A program made the position numbers and the translations under genes. DNA of 64,000 nucleotides from Octopus vulgaris (taxonomy: Eukaryota): the NCBI GenBank assembly GCA_951406725.2, contig OX597837.1:11408001-11472000 (forward strand), written 5' to 3'. The number at the start of each line of letters is the position of its first letter. Position 1 is the first letter of the stretch. Below the pieces are notes generated by a model. That model searched no databases. It was given only the letters and a program-made list of their open reading frames with translations, and was not told where the DNA came from. Positions 34,800 through 49,039 of the stretch are shown in pieces.

Positions 34800-35880
34800 T
34801 AATGACAGGATTTGGGATACACCACCCAAAATCTGACCTAGAAAGGTTATATATACAACATATCGAAGGTGGTAGAGGCCTTATTCAGCTAGAAAGCTAT
34901 TACAAAATAACCACCAAAGGACTACAGAAATATTTACTTGAGAAGCAAGGAAATCTAATACAAATAGCTACAAAATACGAACAAAACAAAAATTACTGTT
35001 TTCCGTCTTTAAGGAATCTGACGAATACAAAAAAAAAAGAAAAAAAAGAAGTCATATTATCTAACAATTATGAAGAAAAAGAAGAAACAACAAAAGCTGT
35101 AAAACAAATGAAATCCAAACTAAAAATAGAACAGCAACGAACCATGATAAAACGATGGCAAGAAAAGCCCCTTCATGGCAAATATTGGTTTGAGCTAACC
35201 AGAAAAGAAATAGACGAAGCAAAACCCCAACAATAGCTGAGAAGCTCAGGACTCAAAGCAGAGACTGAAGAATTTTTTATTTCTGCACAAGACCAAAGCC
35301 TTTCCAACAGAAATCACCAAAAATCTTTATATATAAAAGTGAGGTTGTGTGGTGTCTGTCTCCTACGATTTAGATTCCTAACTACTCCCACATTTTGCGG
35401 TGCAGTTTAACCAAAACCGGGTATCTTATAGTCGTGATTCATATCGAGTCCTTCTGGGTATTAGCGCGCGTCTGCGATGAGTCTACGATTTAAAAACAAA
35501 TTTACCATCATATTTTTCCATTTTAATGCATTTTTTCGATATTATATAAGGGAAGTAACTCTCTAAAAATGTCTACGATGAGTCAACGATTTAAAAAAAA
35601 ATTACCATAATTTTTTTTCCATTTTTAATGCATTTTTTGCTATTTTTTGGCTATAACTCTCTAAAAATGCTTATATAGTAATTTCCCTTACAAACCCGAG
35701 CAACACCGGGCGATACTGCCAGTATATAATAAAAAGAAATACCAGATGACAACGTTTCTCTAAAAGAAACGAAGAAACTGGTGGAAACAAACCACCTCCA
35801 ATGCTTGACAATGATCACATCTCACTCCTCTGGAACTTCACCATTGAAACTGACAGAAAGATAGATGCGAATAGGCGACA
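34800..35880 (+). pseudogene. Degenerate R4/Dong-clade non-LTR retrotransposon ORF fragments
   Basis: HHPKSDLERLY..EGGRGLIQLE, WQEKPLHGKY, LKAETEEFFISAQDQSL, later LLWNFTIETDRKIDANR (start of restriction-like endonuclease); begins at an (AAT)n tract; stops present. Confidence 0.8.
35324..35722 (+). mobile_element. Non-autonomous Helitron-like element nested in the Dong-like fragment
   Basis: 5' TC, subterminal hairpin cccg-agcaacac-cggg, 3' CCAG (CTAG variant), inserted between A and T without TSD; removal restores NHQKYIIK in the host frame. Confidence 0.7.
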
Positions 35881-37548
35881 GAAATAGTGATCGGAGAAGT
35901 TTAAGTTAGGCTCATGACAATTTCAAAGCTGCACGAATCAGGTTCGATTCCTTGTGGCCGATATTTTTCCCCATGTCGTTTCCAGGGTGGTAGAGCAAGT
36001 ATGAAGGAATAATGTATTGTGTCTTCGTAAATAAAATGGTTTCCCTTTGAAACTCCGCCATCCATCACTCATATCTCTGCCATTTCCAGAAAGATGTGAC
36101 AAAATCGTATTAATTTTAGAAAGTCCCGTTTAAATGTTGGTCAAAGGCTTACCTTTGTTTCCACCATTTTACTTGTTTCAGTCATTAAACTGTGGACATG
36201 CTGGGGCACCGCCTTGAAATTTTACTCCATTTATTTATTTTTTTAAGCCTATCGGTCTCTTTTGCCGAACCGCTAAGTTATGTAGACGTAAACACACCAA
36301 CACTGGTTGCATCGGATCAAACAATTTTCTTGTGTCTTTCTCCTCAATATTTAAACCCTGTATCGAATGTCATTGTGCAGCACAATTCTAACACCTGAAG
36401 TTCTTTGGCGATAGAACTCATTGAATTTCCACGATATTTCTAGGATCATCATCGATATTTTGAACTTATTGGGTGAATTGTAGCGTCCTTAGATTATCCG
36501 AAAGTTTAAAATTTTTTTTTTTTCCCTCTTTGATACAGTTGAACAATTCCCGCCAGAGACTTCTAGTTTTATATGATGTATGTGTACAAAAGATCTTGCA
36601 ACATTTAGGAACTTCGCCGTTTCTATATTGTTGTTCCGTACATGTCATGTCTTCATTTTTTGCGTTAGAATTCTGCTGAGTGAGATCTGAATAGAATCAA
36701 AACCATTTAATTGGTTTAAAGAACATAAAATACTGATTATCATCTGTCTTGAAATACTAATAACTCTCAGGTAATCTGTATGAGAAACGAATTTGTTGAT
36801 AAGATCTCTGAAGCCAAATAATCGTCCTAAAATCACCGGTTCTTCATTAACTGTAATGAATAGGCATTTTAAGGTCTTACAGTGTAGAGAATAAACTTGA
36901 TATTTCAAACATATTACATGCTTTAGTTTTGATTTCTTGATCTGCTTGTAATTCTCAAAAATGCTTTCTTCCTGGATTCGTTTTCTAAACAAAGAGCAAA
37001 TCTAATTAACTGGGGGCAATTTGGCATATCTCAAAAAACGCACAGCGAATCTAAATTCAGTTTTATATCAACAGATATTTGATCTAGAAGGATTTGCTTG
37101 GCAGAGGCGTTGCTACCTGCTTCAGAACATTCCTTCTCAAGCATAAGGTCTTTGGTTCAGACTCACTGCTCGGCAACAATATAATCCCAAGCACATCCAA
37201 AACTTTTGAGTGGATTCCGTAGACGGAAAGCCAGATATATATGTATGTGTGTGTGCGCGTGTGTGCGTGTCTTTCAAACTCCCTCATGCACCATACGTCA
37301 ATTTCTAAAAAGAACTTGTGAAATAAAATTATGTAGCAACACCAAATGGCGGAGCCCCAGCATGGCCACAGCTCACGAGCTGAAACTAGATCAAATCAAA
37401 TCAAATCATATGTATATATTTGTCCGAAATCACGCAGTAGGAGAGAGTAGTAAAGAGAGCGCCCTCTCCACGTCATTCAGGAGGTGAAGTGAGAGTAATA
37501 GCTGTGATACGAACGCAGTTTGCGAGTGAGTTTCTATGTATTATTGTA

Positions 37549-37781
37549 AGGCGGTGAGCTGGCAGAAACGTTAGCACGCCAGGCGAAATGCTTAGCGGTA
37601 TTTCGTCTGCCGTTACGTTCTGAGTTCAAATTCCGCCGAGGTCGACTTTGCCTTTCATCCTTTCGGGGTTGATTGAATAAGTACCAGTTACGCACTGGGG
37701 GTCGATATAATCGACTTAATCCGTTTGTCTGTCCTTGTTTGTCCCCTCTGTGTTTAGCTCCTTGTGGGTAATAAAGAAATA
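37549..37781 (+). mobile_element. SINE family A
   Basis: Full-length match to the 20495 copy. Confidence 0.85.
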
Positions 37782-37806
37782 TTTCTATATATTTTTGTCA
37801 TCATGT

Positions 37807-37851
<45 letters not shown>

Positions 37852-38326
37852 TAGATGTATATCTTAGAATATAAGACAGAATGGAATAAAGTATATTTGG
37901 AACAGTCACAAGAATTATATTAACACAGAGAATTGTATTCCCACGTAAACGATGAGAGCAGGAATGTACAATGGAGAATAAGAAGCATAAAAATTCTTAC
38001 AATCATTTCATGATTCTGTGACTTATCTGAATGGAATCGAAATGAAGATAATATTGAAGTTCCTTAACGATTCTTCAGAGATATAAGAGGAAAGAAACCG
38101 TTCTTAAAAGTTTATCTCTGGTTATAAGAATTGCTTAATCCATTGTGGTATAGATTAGGTGTCATACAAATTCTGTATAACTTTCCACTTAGTAATCCGA
38201 CGAGGTTTTGAGAGTTTCGTAGTAGTAATCTAGTATAATTATTTCATAGTAATTGTAAGTATTAACAGTAGAAATACAAAGTATGAGAATATATACTATT
38301 AGTTATATTGGTATCATAGTAATCGT

Positions 38327-38705
38327 GGAGACGCAATGGCCCAATGGTTAGGGCAGCGGACTCGCGGTTTCGATTCCCAGACCGGGCGTTGTGTGTGTTT
38401 ATTGAGCGGAAACACCTAAAAGCCCCACGAGGCTCCAGCAGGGGGTGGTGGCGACCTCTGTTGTACTCTTTCGACACAACTTTCAGCAGGGGGTGGTGGC
38501 GACCCCTGTTGTACTCTTTCACCACAACTTTCAGCAGGGGGTGGTGGCGACCCCTGTTGTACTCTTTCGCCACAACTTTCTCTCACTCTCTCTCTCTTCC
38601 TGTTTCTTGAGTAACGCCGCGAAGGACTGGCGTCCCGTCCAGCTGGGGGGAACACATACACCACAAAAACCGGGAAACCGGGCCCATGAGACTAAGCTTG
38701 GAAAG
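38327..38705 (+). mobile_element. SINE family C with internal 3 x 48-bp tandem repeat (38436-38579)
   Basis: Unit cagcagggggtggtggcgacc(c/t)ctgttgtactctttc..cacaacttt at 38436, 38484 and 38532. Confidence 0.85.
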
Positions 38706-38956
38706 GGTGACGTTTATTGTTTATCGTTTTATGATAGTAATTGTAGTAGTAGCAGGAGGTATATATAAGTAGTATTAATGTGTTCAGGTATTGTTTAGCT
38801 ATTATATGCAAATATAATTATATATATATATACATATATATACATATGCTGTTGATGTATTCTATGGGATTTTTTCCACCTAATATGTACTGTGAACGGC
38901 GTGATGCACATATTATTTTACTGGTATTATTATTATTAATAATAATAATAATAATG

Positions 38957-39028
<72 letters not shown>

Positions 39029-39348
39029 GTAATATTAATAATGATAATATTAATGGCATTTTGTAACTTAATATAATGAACTCTTGACTTTGTATATGTA
39101 CATTTGCATATAGATATGTGTATGTTTGTATATTATAATTATTCTAATATATTGATTTGACTAACTGTAACCTTATGTGTATTATTATATATTATTATGT
39201 ATATATAGTATATATATATATATATATATATATATAGGTGCATGTATATATACACTTATATGTATGTGTATATTATATATTATGTATATGTACTCATTCT
39301 TGTATGGGTGTACCTTCTCTGATATTCATATTTAGATTGTACTTTATA

Positions 39349-39475
39349 ATCTCTGAAGAGGCCTTGGGATATATTTGTAAGTGTCTCATTTATAACCACA
39401 TATTAACTTATCACACCTGGCTAATATAAGCATAATGAGATACTCATATCTGCATGGCTAAAACAGCTGTAAGAT
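39349..39475 (+). ncRNA. Hammerhead fold with long stem II (second copy of the 29.5-kb family, G12 mutated)
   Basis: atct-CTGAAGA-ggcc...ggct-AAAAC-agct-GTA-agat. Confidence 0.45.
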
Positions 39476-39569
39476 ATAGTTTATATTTATATCTATATTT
39501 ATTTATATTTATTTATACATATTGTACTTATTGTATCATATTACTCATTGATGTGCACTGTTTTGTTCT

Positions 39570-39674
<105 letters not shown>

Positions 39675-40662
39675 TCACATATACATACACGTCGAGCTTC
39701 TACACAGTTTTCGTAAGCGAACAAATTATCTCACAAGATATTGGTCATCTCCGGGGGCAATAGCAGAAAATGCTTACTCAAGATATCGTGCAGTGAGATG
39801 GAACCCGGAACAACGATGTTGCAAATCCCTTTAGTCACACAGCCACGCCTAAGCCTAATTGCGTCTTTTTTTTATATTTTATTTCTTTGTGTCTTTGTGT
39901 ATTTTTGATTTTCTCCGTTAGTTTTTTTTCTTCTTTTTTTTTTCTATTTCCATCTTTTCTCTTTTTGCACGAAGTGCGCACGGGGAAATACAGCTTGGGG
40001 CGCCATGTTTCTTTTTCTTTTTTTTTTAAAAAAAGACGTAAATTACAGATATAAATATACATAAATATATCTCTACTCTCAACATTTCGTTTTCCACTCA
40101 TCGTACATCTTAAGGATAGTGAAAGTAAAGCACGATTGCTACAAGGCGTATGTTAACAAGGTCAGAGGGTCTACCATCTTTCAATCAGAATACATTAAGA
40201 CAAGTGTAAGGAAAAGGGAGAAGAAAACGACGTGTGACAGGGATAATTATTCTCGAACAATCCAAATTATCTTTCTGTAAATGTATTCAGTAACGATGTC
40301 ACAATTTACTTCAAGCAATATGTGACTCTGTGTGATATCAATATATTTTTTCATTTGCCTTTTATTTCCTATATTCACGTATCAGACTATATCTTGAAAT
40401 AAAATAAGGGAAATAGAATAGTGATCCTAAGAGAATGTCAGAATTCCTGTTCGTAAATATTAGGTGGTTCCGAAGATAATGGCTGATTTCAAAAACGTAA
40501 TTTTATTCTGGAGAAATTAACAATGGAAATGTTTTGATTAGTCGAAGTATGAGCCGTGAACACCTATGCCTTCCTGTCATACATCAACGAGATTATTTAT
40601 GCCTTGTTGATAAACACTTGTTGGCTTTGATGTTAAGAAATCTTTGAGAGCTGATTCGACCT

Positions 40663-40803
40663 CTGGTTCCGGGTTCAGTCCTACTGCGTGGCACCTTGGG
40701 TAAGTGTTTACTACTATAGCTTCGGGCCAGCCAAAGCCTTGTGAGTGGATTTGGCAGACAGAAACTGAAAGACGCTAGTCGTATGTATGTATATATGTAT
40801 GTA

Positions 40804-40893
<90 letters not shown>

Positions 40894-41510
40894 TCCTCCC
40901 CCACCATCGCTTGACAAACGATGCTGGTGTGTTTACGTCCTCGTAACTTAGCGGTTGGGTAAAGGAGACCGATAGAATAAGTCCAAGGCACACAAAGAAT
41001 AGGTGCTGGAGTTGATCTGCTCCAGCATGGCCGCAGTCAAATGACTGAAACAAGTGAACGAATATAAAAATAAAAGAATACAGAGACAGTTTATGCGGAC
41101 ACATATACTCTTTTACTTGTTTCAGTCATTTGACTGTGGCCATGCTGGAGCACCACCTTTAGTCGAACAAATCGATGCCAGGACTTATTCTTTGTAAGCC
41201 TTGTACTTATTCTATCGCTCTCTTTTGCCGAACCGCTAAGTTACGGGGATGGAAGCACACCAGCATCGGTTGGGAGGGGGGCAAACACAAACATATACAC
41301 ATACACATGCATATATATACATATATATACATATATACGACGGGCTTCTTTCAGTTTCCGTCTACCAAATCCACTCACAAGGCTTTGGTCAGCCCGATGA
41401 TATAGTAGAAGACACTTGCCACTTGCCCAAGGTGCCACGCAGTGGGACTGAACCCGGAACCATGTGGTTGGTAAGCAAGCTATTTACCACACAGCCACTC
41501 CTACGCCTAT
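40663..41510. mobile_element. SINE family B copies tail-to-tail (40663-41080 +, 41107-41510 -)
   Basis: Family B sequence. Confidence 0.8.
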
Positions 41511-42120
41511 ACATAGAGATACCTAGGTAAACTTATGTTCTATTTCTGTGTAATTAATTGAAAACCTTCACAGAAAAAAAAACTTTATTAAAGTTTTGAG
41601 ACAGAGGGCGGTTGGGGGTTGGAGGGTGGAGGGTGGAGGGTGGAGGAAAGAAATAAAGAGAGAGAAATGAAGAAAGGTTAAATGGCGGCGAAGAGGCTGG
41701 GCGATGATGGCTTAATAGGAAACAGTAAGAATGCAGGCGATGGTGGTGGTGAAGGTGGTGGCGGGAAGAAGATGGCGGCTTGATGCAGGATTAACAATTG
41801 ATTTCGAATCAATGGAGAGCAGAGTTGAATTACTTTAATTGAAACCGGCAAATGATTGCAAAGAGTTACTTCAATCACTCACATAGACGCAGAAATACAC
41901 ATATACACACGTACATACACGCCGCGCAGCGCACACAGAGACGTAGGCACATGAATATTTACATACATATATATATACACTTATATACATATACAAAAAT
42001 GGCCGCAAGCAATGTGTATAAACATGGAGAGACACGTAGAAATAGAGGCACGTAGAAATATATACACCATAACACACGTATATAAATATAGCCAAGTACA
42101 CGAATCTATACGCAAATTTT

Positions 42121-42163
<43 letters not shown>

Positions 42164-42336
42164 ATATATATACATATGTGTGCCCGTATGTATGTATATA
42201 TGCACACATACACGCTCAGAGACACACACACAACCAGACAAACACAGATAAACACAAAGACACACCCACCCACACCCACACACTGACATACACGCACGCA
42301 CACACATACACAAACACGTATATATATATATTTATA

Positions 42337-42395
<59 letters not shown>

Positions 42396-42409
42396 GTTCA
42401 TCCATTTTT

Positions 42410-42814
42410 ATCTGCTCTAGGCACAAGGCCAGAAATTTTGGGGGGAGGGGCGCTAGGCAATTAGATCGACCCCACTACGCAACTGGTACTTGATTTTCGA
42501 CCCCGAAAGGCTGAAAGGCAAAGTCGACCTCGGCGGAATTTCAACCAAAGAACGTAAAGATAGACAAAATACCTATTTCTATTTCTTTACTACCCACAAG
42601 GGGCTAAACACAGAAGGGACAAACAAGGACAGACAAACGGATTAAGTCGATCATATCGACCCCAGTGCGTAACTGGTAGTTAATTTATCGACCCCGAAAG
42701 GCTGAAAGGCAAAGTCGACCTCGGCGGAATTTCAACCAAGAACGTAAAGATAGACGGAAAATACCGCTAAGCATTTCGCCCGGCGTCATAACGTTTCTGC
42801 CAGCTCGCCGCCTT
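42410..42814 (-). mobile_element. SINE family A dimer with alternative terminal tail
   Basis: One head, two body units; catccatttt flanking duplication. Confidence 0.8.
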
Positions 42815-43034
42815 ATATGTCCATCCATTTTGTGTCCATGTAGCTATGAGTCTTCTACTGTATAGTTTGATTTCTGTGTAGATTTACAACCGTGTTTAAT
42901 TTTATACCAAAACAAGCTTGTTTATATGTAAATGTATTCATTTATTTCCGTTGATTTGTAAATTCCAATATGAATTTATGTATGTAATATTCGTTTCAGT
43001 ATGTCTTTGCATATATATATGCATATGTATTGTC

Positions 43035-43098
<64 letters not shown>

Positions 43099-43273
43099 GA
43101 AAGAGTCTAGATAAATACCTATTATATACAAAATTTTATATCATATAATATATGCCATATATTACGTATATTAATATAACTTTTAACTTTTATTTGTTCC
43201 AATTACTAGACTGCGGCCATGCTGGAGCAACGCCTTGAAGAAGTTTTAGTTGACACTAATACATACATACATA

Positions 43274-43860
43274 TCCCGAGGACAAAGAAATAAGACCCCA
43301 CAATATGGTAGAAGCCATAGCCACTCACAATAAAAAAGAATACTGGTGGAATGTACCAGTGAAAACCTCAATAAAATGTAAGCACAACAGACCCGATATA
43401 ATGATTTGGGATAGAGAAGAGAGACTGTGCACAGTTGTGGAAATTAGCTGCTCAGCAGATGTTAACATGAAGCTGAAGATCAGTGAAAAAGAGAACACCT
43501 ATGCTGAACTATTGGGAAATCTGAAGTTACTCTATCCAGATTACAGGTTCAGGTTTATACTTGTAATTATTGTGGCCCTGGGATATGGAACACTGCCTAA
43601 ATACCAATCTTGAGAAATTAGGCTTCTCAAAATCAGAAAGGAGAAAGCTAATTCGAAGACTACAGATCCAATCCATCACTGGAACTGTAAAAATCTGTAA
43701 AACTTTCCAGAAGTCTATCATTTAAATATATTTGAGCATGTCTATATATGCAACTATACGCATGAGAATATATACATAAAACATACAAATCTGCACATAC
43801 ATATATACATACAAACAAAAATAACCTGTTGTTGATGTTGGAATTCCAATGAAGGATTTG
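43274..43860 (+). mobile_element. R4/Dong-like retrotransposon 3' fragment (restriction-like endonuclease + 3' UTR)
   Basis: YWWNVPVKTSIKCKHNRPDIMIWDREERLCTVVEISC..EKENTYAEL..IIVALGY (PD-(D/E)xK type); starts at (TACA)n. Confidence 0.8.
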
Positions 43861-44069
43861 GTGTGTCGTTTGTACTTTCGATTCATACACCCAACCGTGT
43901 ACATCTGATCACATAAGAATCTCACGTGGAGAATCTTGGTAATGTCCTACAGACCTTCACTGCGCCACTAATAGATTGGATTTGGAAAATCCACCTCAGT
44001 TATTTTTGCTCTTTCTTCAAAAACCCGAGTATCTCTAGGTTTTTATGCAATTTAATTGGTATCTAACCT

Positions 44070-44719
44070 AATGACTTTATGGAGATCAGCGTAGGTATTT
44101 CTTTTCCTCTGATCTTCAGCTTTATGTTAACATCGGCTGGGCAGCTGGTTTCCACAACATACAGTTTCTCTTCTCTATCCCTAATCATTACGTCAGCTGT
44201 ATTCTGTTTACATATTATTGAGGTTTTCACTGAGATATTCCACCTCTACTCCTTTTTATTATGAGTGGCCATGACTTTCAACTTACCGAGGCTTCTCATT
44301 TCTTTGGCTTCGGGGTTATCACTTTGACGGATCTCGTTTTACGGTGTCCTGGTTTCAACATCATGCCTCATTGGTAGATAAAACCGTGATGACATTTTCA
44401 GACAGCTGCTTATTATGTTTATGTATGTATGTATGTATGTATGTATGTATGTATGTATGTATGTATGTATGCATGTATGTATGTATGTATGTACATATGT
44501 ATTTATGTTATTGTTCAGTTTTATCTCAAGGTTTCTTGCCAGTAGTGAAAGAACTGGTTTCTAAACTAGATTCAAGACGCCTTCATTGGAATTTCAACAT
44601 CAACAACAGGGTATTTTTGTTTGTATGTAAGTATATGTGCAGATTTTATGTTTTGCTTTATCTATGTATTCTCACACATATAGTTGCATATCTAGACATG
44701 CTCATATATATTTAAACGA
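44070..44719 (-). mobile_element. Two further fragments of the same R4/Dong-like family
   Basis: 44070-44420 encodes HIISSCLKMSSRFYLPMRHDV (zinc knuckle) plus endonuclease remnants; 44505-44719 is the 3' UTR embedded in (TACA)n on both sides. Confidence 0.75.
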
Positions 44720-45629
44720 TGTATGTATGTATGTATTTGTGTCGACTCATTCAACTAAAATTTCTTCAAAGCGTTGCTCCAGCTTGACCGAAGTCGAGTA
44801 ATTGAAACAAATAAAAGTCAAAAGTTATATTAATAAACGCGCGCTCTCCTCCTGGTTCGAACGCTTGTACCTCCAAACAGTTGGTCGGCTCTGGCTGCTG
44901 GGACTGAAACAAGCGCGACACTGTAGGAAAGCAGGTTTAGAGAGGGCGCGGGCCAAAACTACGCGCCCTTCCCCTCTATTGGTCAGTTGAAGCTTAAACA
45001 GTGTCACATGACAGTTAGCTGGTGCTGGCTGCTGGAGCCTATCGGCGAGTATTTAAAGGGAAATTTGACAGGATTCGCACGCTGACATTTGTTGGTGCTG
45101 CATCGAAGAAACCAAAAAACAAAAGAAAAAAGCTAGAAAGGAAAAAATGCTCTCAACATCATGGCTGAAGACACCTACGAAAGGGCGGGGGTGCCACGTC
45201 GAAAATGGTAGAGGAGTAGGGGCCGAAACCGGACGTGGTTCTTCCTGAAAATGTCATTACCCATTTTATAAAGGAGCTGTTGAGATAGCGAACGACGAAA
45301 CGTGATTTGAATTCCTCTATATATAACATATATGATATAAAACTCGTGTATATAATATGTATTTATCTATACTCTTTCGAACACACACGAGATTATACAT
45401 ATGCATATATATGCAAGGACATACGGAAACGTATATTACATGCATAAATTCATATTGGAATCTATAAATCGAAAGACACAAATGAATACATTTACATATA
45501 AACAAGCTTGTTTTGGTATAAAATTAAACATGGTTGTAAATCTACACAGAAACCAAACTATAAAATGTAGGCCTTATAGCTACATGGACACAAAATGGGC
45601 GTACGTATATATAATGGGCGTACGTATAT

Positions 45630-46355
45630 ATATGTGTTTTTTGTGTGTGCGTGCGTATGTCTGCGTCTGTGTGTGTGGATGTGCATGTCTTCGTGTTTTT
45701 CAGTCTGTCTGTGTTTGTGTGTGAGTGTGTTTGTCTGTGAGTGTGTTTGTCTGTGAGTGTGTTTGTCTGTGTGTGCCTGTGTGTCTGCGTATGTGTGTGT
45801 ATCGCGTGTGTCCATGCGTGTGTGTGTGTGTGTGTGTGACTGTCTATGTCTGTGTGTGTGTGTGTCTCTTTCTGTCTGTGTGTGCCTACGTGTCTGTGCG
45901 AGTGTCTGTGTATCTGTGTGTGTGTCTGTGTATTTGTGTGTGTGCGTGTGTGCGCATGCGTGTGTGTGTGTGTGTGAGTGTTTATGTCTGTGTGTGTGTG
46001 TCTCTGTCTATGTGTGTCTCTGTCTCGGTGTGCCTGCGTGTCTGTGCGTGTGTATGTGTTTCTGTGTATGCGTGTGTGTGTGTCTGTGTACCTGTGTGTA
46101 TATGTATGCGTATGTGTATGTGTGTGTGTGTGCGTGTGTATATGTATGCGTATGTGTATGTGTGTGTGTGTGCGTGTGTATATGTATGCGTATGTGTATG
46201 TGTGTGTATGTGTGTGTGCGTGTGTATGTGTATCTGTGTATGCATGTGTGTGTGTCTGTGTATCTGTGTGTATATGTATGCGTATGTGTATGTGTGTGTG
46301 CGAGTATCTGTGTGTATATGTATGCGTATGTGTGTGTGTGTGTGTGCGTGTGTAG
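45630..46355. repeat. Degenerate (TG)n-rich compound repeat
   Basis: Direct reading. Confidence 0.9.
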
Positions 46356-46932
46356 TCTCACAGTCACATGTGTTCACCTGTCTGTAGCAAGATCTCGATT
46401 TTCCTTCTGAACTGTTTACAGTTGTCTAATGTAATTTAGTTTAGCTGTTTGCCCATAAGATCAATGAATCCGAGTCGCCCACCGGACATATGTGTACCTG
46501 GGAGTATGTGCGAGAGAGAACCGTGTGCGTGTGTGTGCGTATACGCGCGTGTATGCGTATGTGAGTTTAGGAAATAGAGATAAAGGCAGTAAATACGCAA
46601 GCAGACTGTAAATATTTATTCATTGTAGTTCTGAGACTCTTAATCAATGATAATGTTTATAACGCTGATCAGGTGCTATCTGTGGAGATGATGTAACACA
46701 AGAGGGAGGATGAGAAGATTGTATCTTCGCAGCGGTGACCAGACTCAATTGCCTGCAAGCAGAAGAATTGGACATGTTTACGAGCACCCGACGGTGAAGC
46801 GGTGAGATGTAGGGCACGTCGACCTCGTCGGATAGCTGCTGAGGGTTTAGAGGAGTCTAACTAACTTGAGCTGAGAGATAGAGTCCTTAAACCCCTAAAA
46901 GTTACTTTTGAATTTCTTTTAGCTTCCTAATC

Positions 46933-47065
46933 AACCACCTGGTTCCGGGTTCAGTCCCACTGCGTGGCACCTTGGGCGAGTGTCTCCCACTATAGCCTCG
47001 GGCCGATCAAAGCCTTGTGAGTGGATTTGGTAGACGGAAACTGAAAGAAGCCCGTCGTATATATG

Positions 47066-47121
<56 letters not shown>

Positions 47122-47325
47122 TGTGTTTGTCCCCCCAACATCGCTTGACAACCGATGGTGGTGTGTTTACGTCCCCGTAACTTAGCGGTTCGGCAAAAGA
47201 GATCGATAGAATAAGTACTAGACTTACAAAGAATAAGTCATGGGGGGGGTCGATTTGCTCGACTAAAGGTGGTGCTCCAGCATGGTCGCAGTCAAATGAC
47301 TGAAACAAGTAAAAGAGTAAAGAGA
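46933..47325 (+). mobile_element. SINE family B (5'-truncated)
   Basis: Family B sequence with complete tail. Confidence 0.8.
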
Positions 47326-47712
47326 ATGTCTCCATTCTGCTCCCGAACATCTGACGAAGAGGACGGGCTCCAACGCCAGCAGGATTTCCAGTAATATGGA
47401 GCCAAAGCAAACTGTTTTTAAATACGACGTGGCACTCCGTCGGTTGCGACGACGAGGGTTCCAGTTGATCCGATCAACGGAACAGCCTGCTCGTGAAATT
47501 AACGTGCAAGTGGCTGAGCACTCCACTGACACGTGTACCCTTAATGTAGTTCTCGGGGGAGATTCAACGTGACACAGAGTGTGACAAGACCCTGGACCCT
47601 GTGAAATACAGTTACAACAAAAACAGGAAGAAATCGCCAACAACACACGTGTAGCTACGTACCGTTGGTGATTTCTTATCCGTCTTTGGACTTTTCCCAT
47701 TATGAACACACA

Positions 47713-47756
<44 letters not shown>

Positions 47757-48169
47757 TACATACATACATACATACATACATACATACATACATACATACA
47801 TACATACACACATACATATATATATATAGTTGAAACATGCCGAAAATATTAGAAATGGCAGCCAAATAGCTCACCATTTCTCCTACTAGTAAAAAAGTCT
47901 CCACAAACAAACAGAATTTGCAACCCCTTATATGGCAAAGAGAAAGAAAATAACGAAATCACAGGCTGCCATTTCTAATACATTCGGTATGTGGTTTTGA
48001 GCAACTTGTTGCAATTAACCCTTTATTATAATTAGTATAATCTTTACCAAATATGGTCTTTTCCATACCGATAAAACTACTAGGTGAAATTTATTAATTT
48101 TATTAAATTAATTATATTTCACCCTTTTTGTATATAGTAGAAACATGTATATATAGATATACATGTTTC

Positions 48170-48470
48170 AGCTTAAGTTGTTGTCGACAGGTAACCCGAG
48201 GTCCCGAACGGCGTTTGGTGCGACAAGGTTTTGACCGAGAGAAGCGTATATGGCAGCTTAAGTGTAACCTCTGTGCCAAAACGGATTAATTCGAATTTAT
48301 ATTCATTTAGGTGCATAATGTATTTCTCCTCCACCAATGGGATAACAGCGAGCAGATCCGACAGGAGATCAGTCCGGTTTCCTGTCCGGTCGATGACCTT
48401 CAAAGGTTTAGAGGCATCCGCAAAAACTCTTATGTTGCTGTATTTGATAACATCAGCCATGACATTTATG
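48170..48470 (-). pseudogene. CR1-like LINE reverse transcriptase fragment
   Basis: YINVMADVIKYSNIRVFADASK (degenerate FADD motif)..LLSDL..MHLNEYKFELIRFG. Confidence 0.7.
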
Positions 48471-48669
48471 TATAGACACACACAAACACACCCACATATA
48501 TATATATGTGTGGGTGTGTGTGGGTGTGGGTGTGTGTGGGTGTGTGTGTCTCTGTAAATATGTACGTATTATAATGTACTTGTATATAATTATCATTTAT
48601 ACTCACAGAGTCGTATGTGTATGTGCGAGTGCATGTATATGTGTGTTTACACACACACAAATGTCTATG

Positions 48670-48700
<31 letters not shown>

Positions 48701-48703
48701 CTA

Positions 48704-48869
<166 letters not shown>

Positions 48870-49039
48870 CACATCACCGTTGGTTATTTCTTAGCTAACG
48901 GAAGACGCCTATATCCAAAATAATAGCATTAACAAAAAGAATGATGGCGACGGCGAGAGAAAACGAAAGTAGAAGAGCTTCAGAGCAGAATATTGTTCTA
49001 AAAGAGTTCATATTACTATTTCACCTTAATTGTAGTAAA

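Larger units (their letters stand above)
42825..45598. repeat. Old inverted duplication (arms about 42825-43277 and 44717-45598)
   Basis: Arms align in reverse through unique sequence, a SINE tail and the (TACA)n site; right arm carries an extra ~480-bp insert at about 44840-45317. Confidence 0.75.

Noticed and set aside
36410-37080. ORF-like AT-rich segment possibly from a DNA transposon
   Set aside because: No motif or terminal repeat I could recognise
38436-38579. CRISPR-like regular repeats (also 29052-29252)
   Set aside because: Head-to-tail tandem units without unique spacers, eukaryotic context, no cas genes
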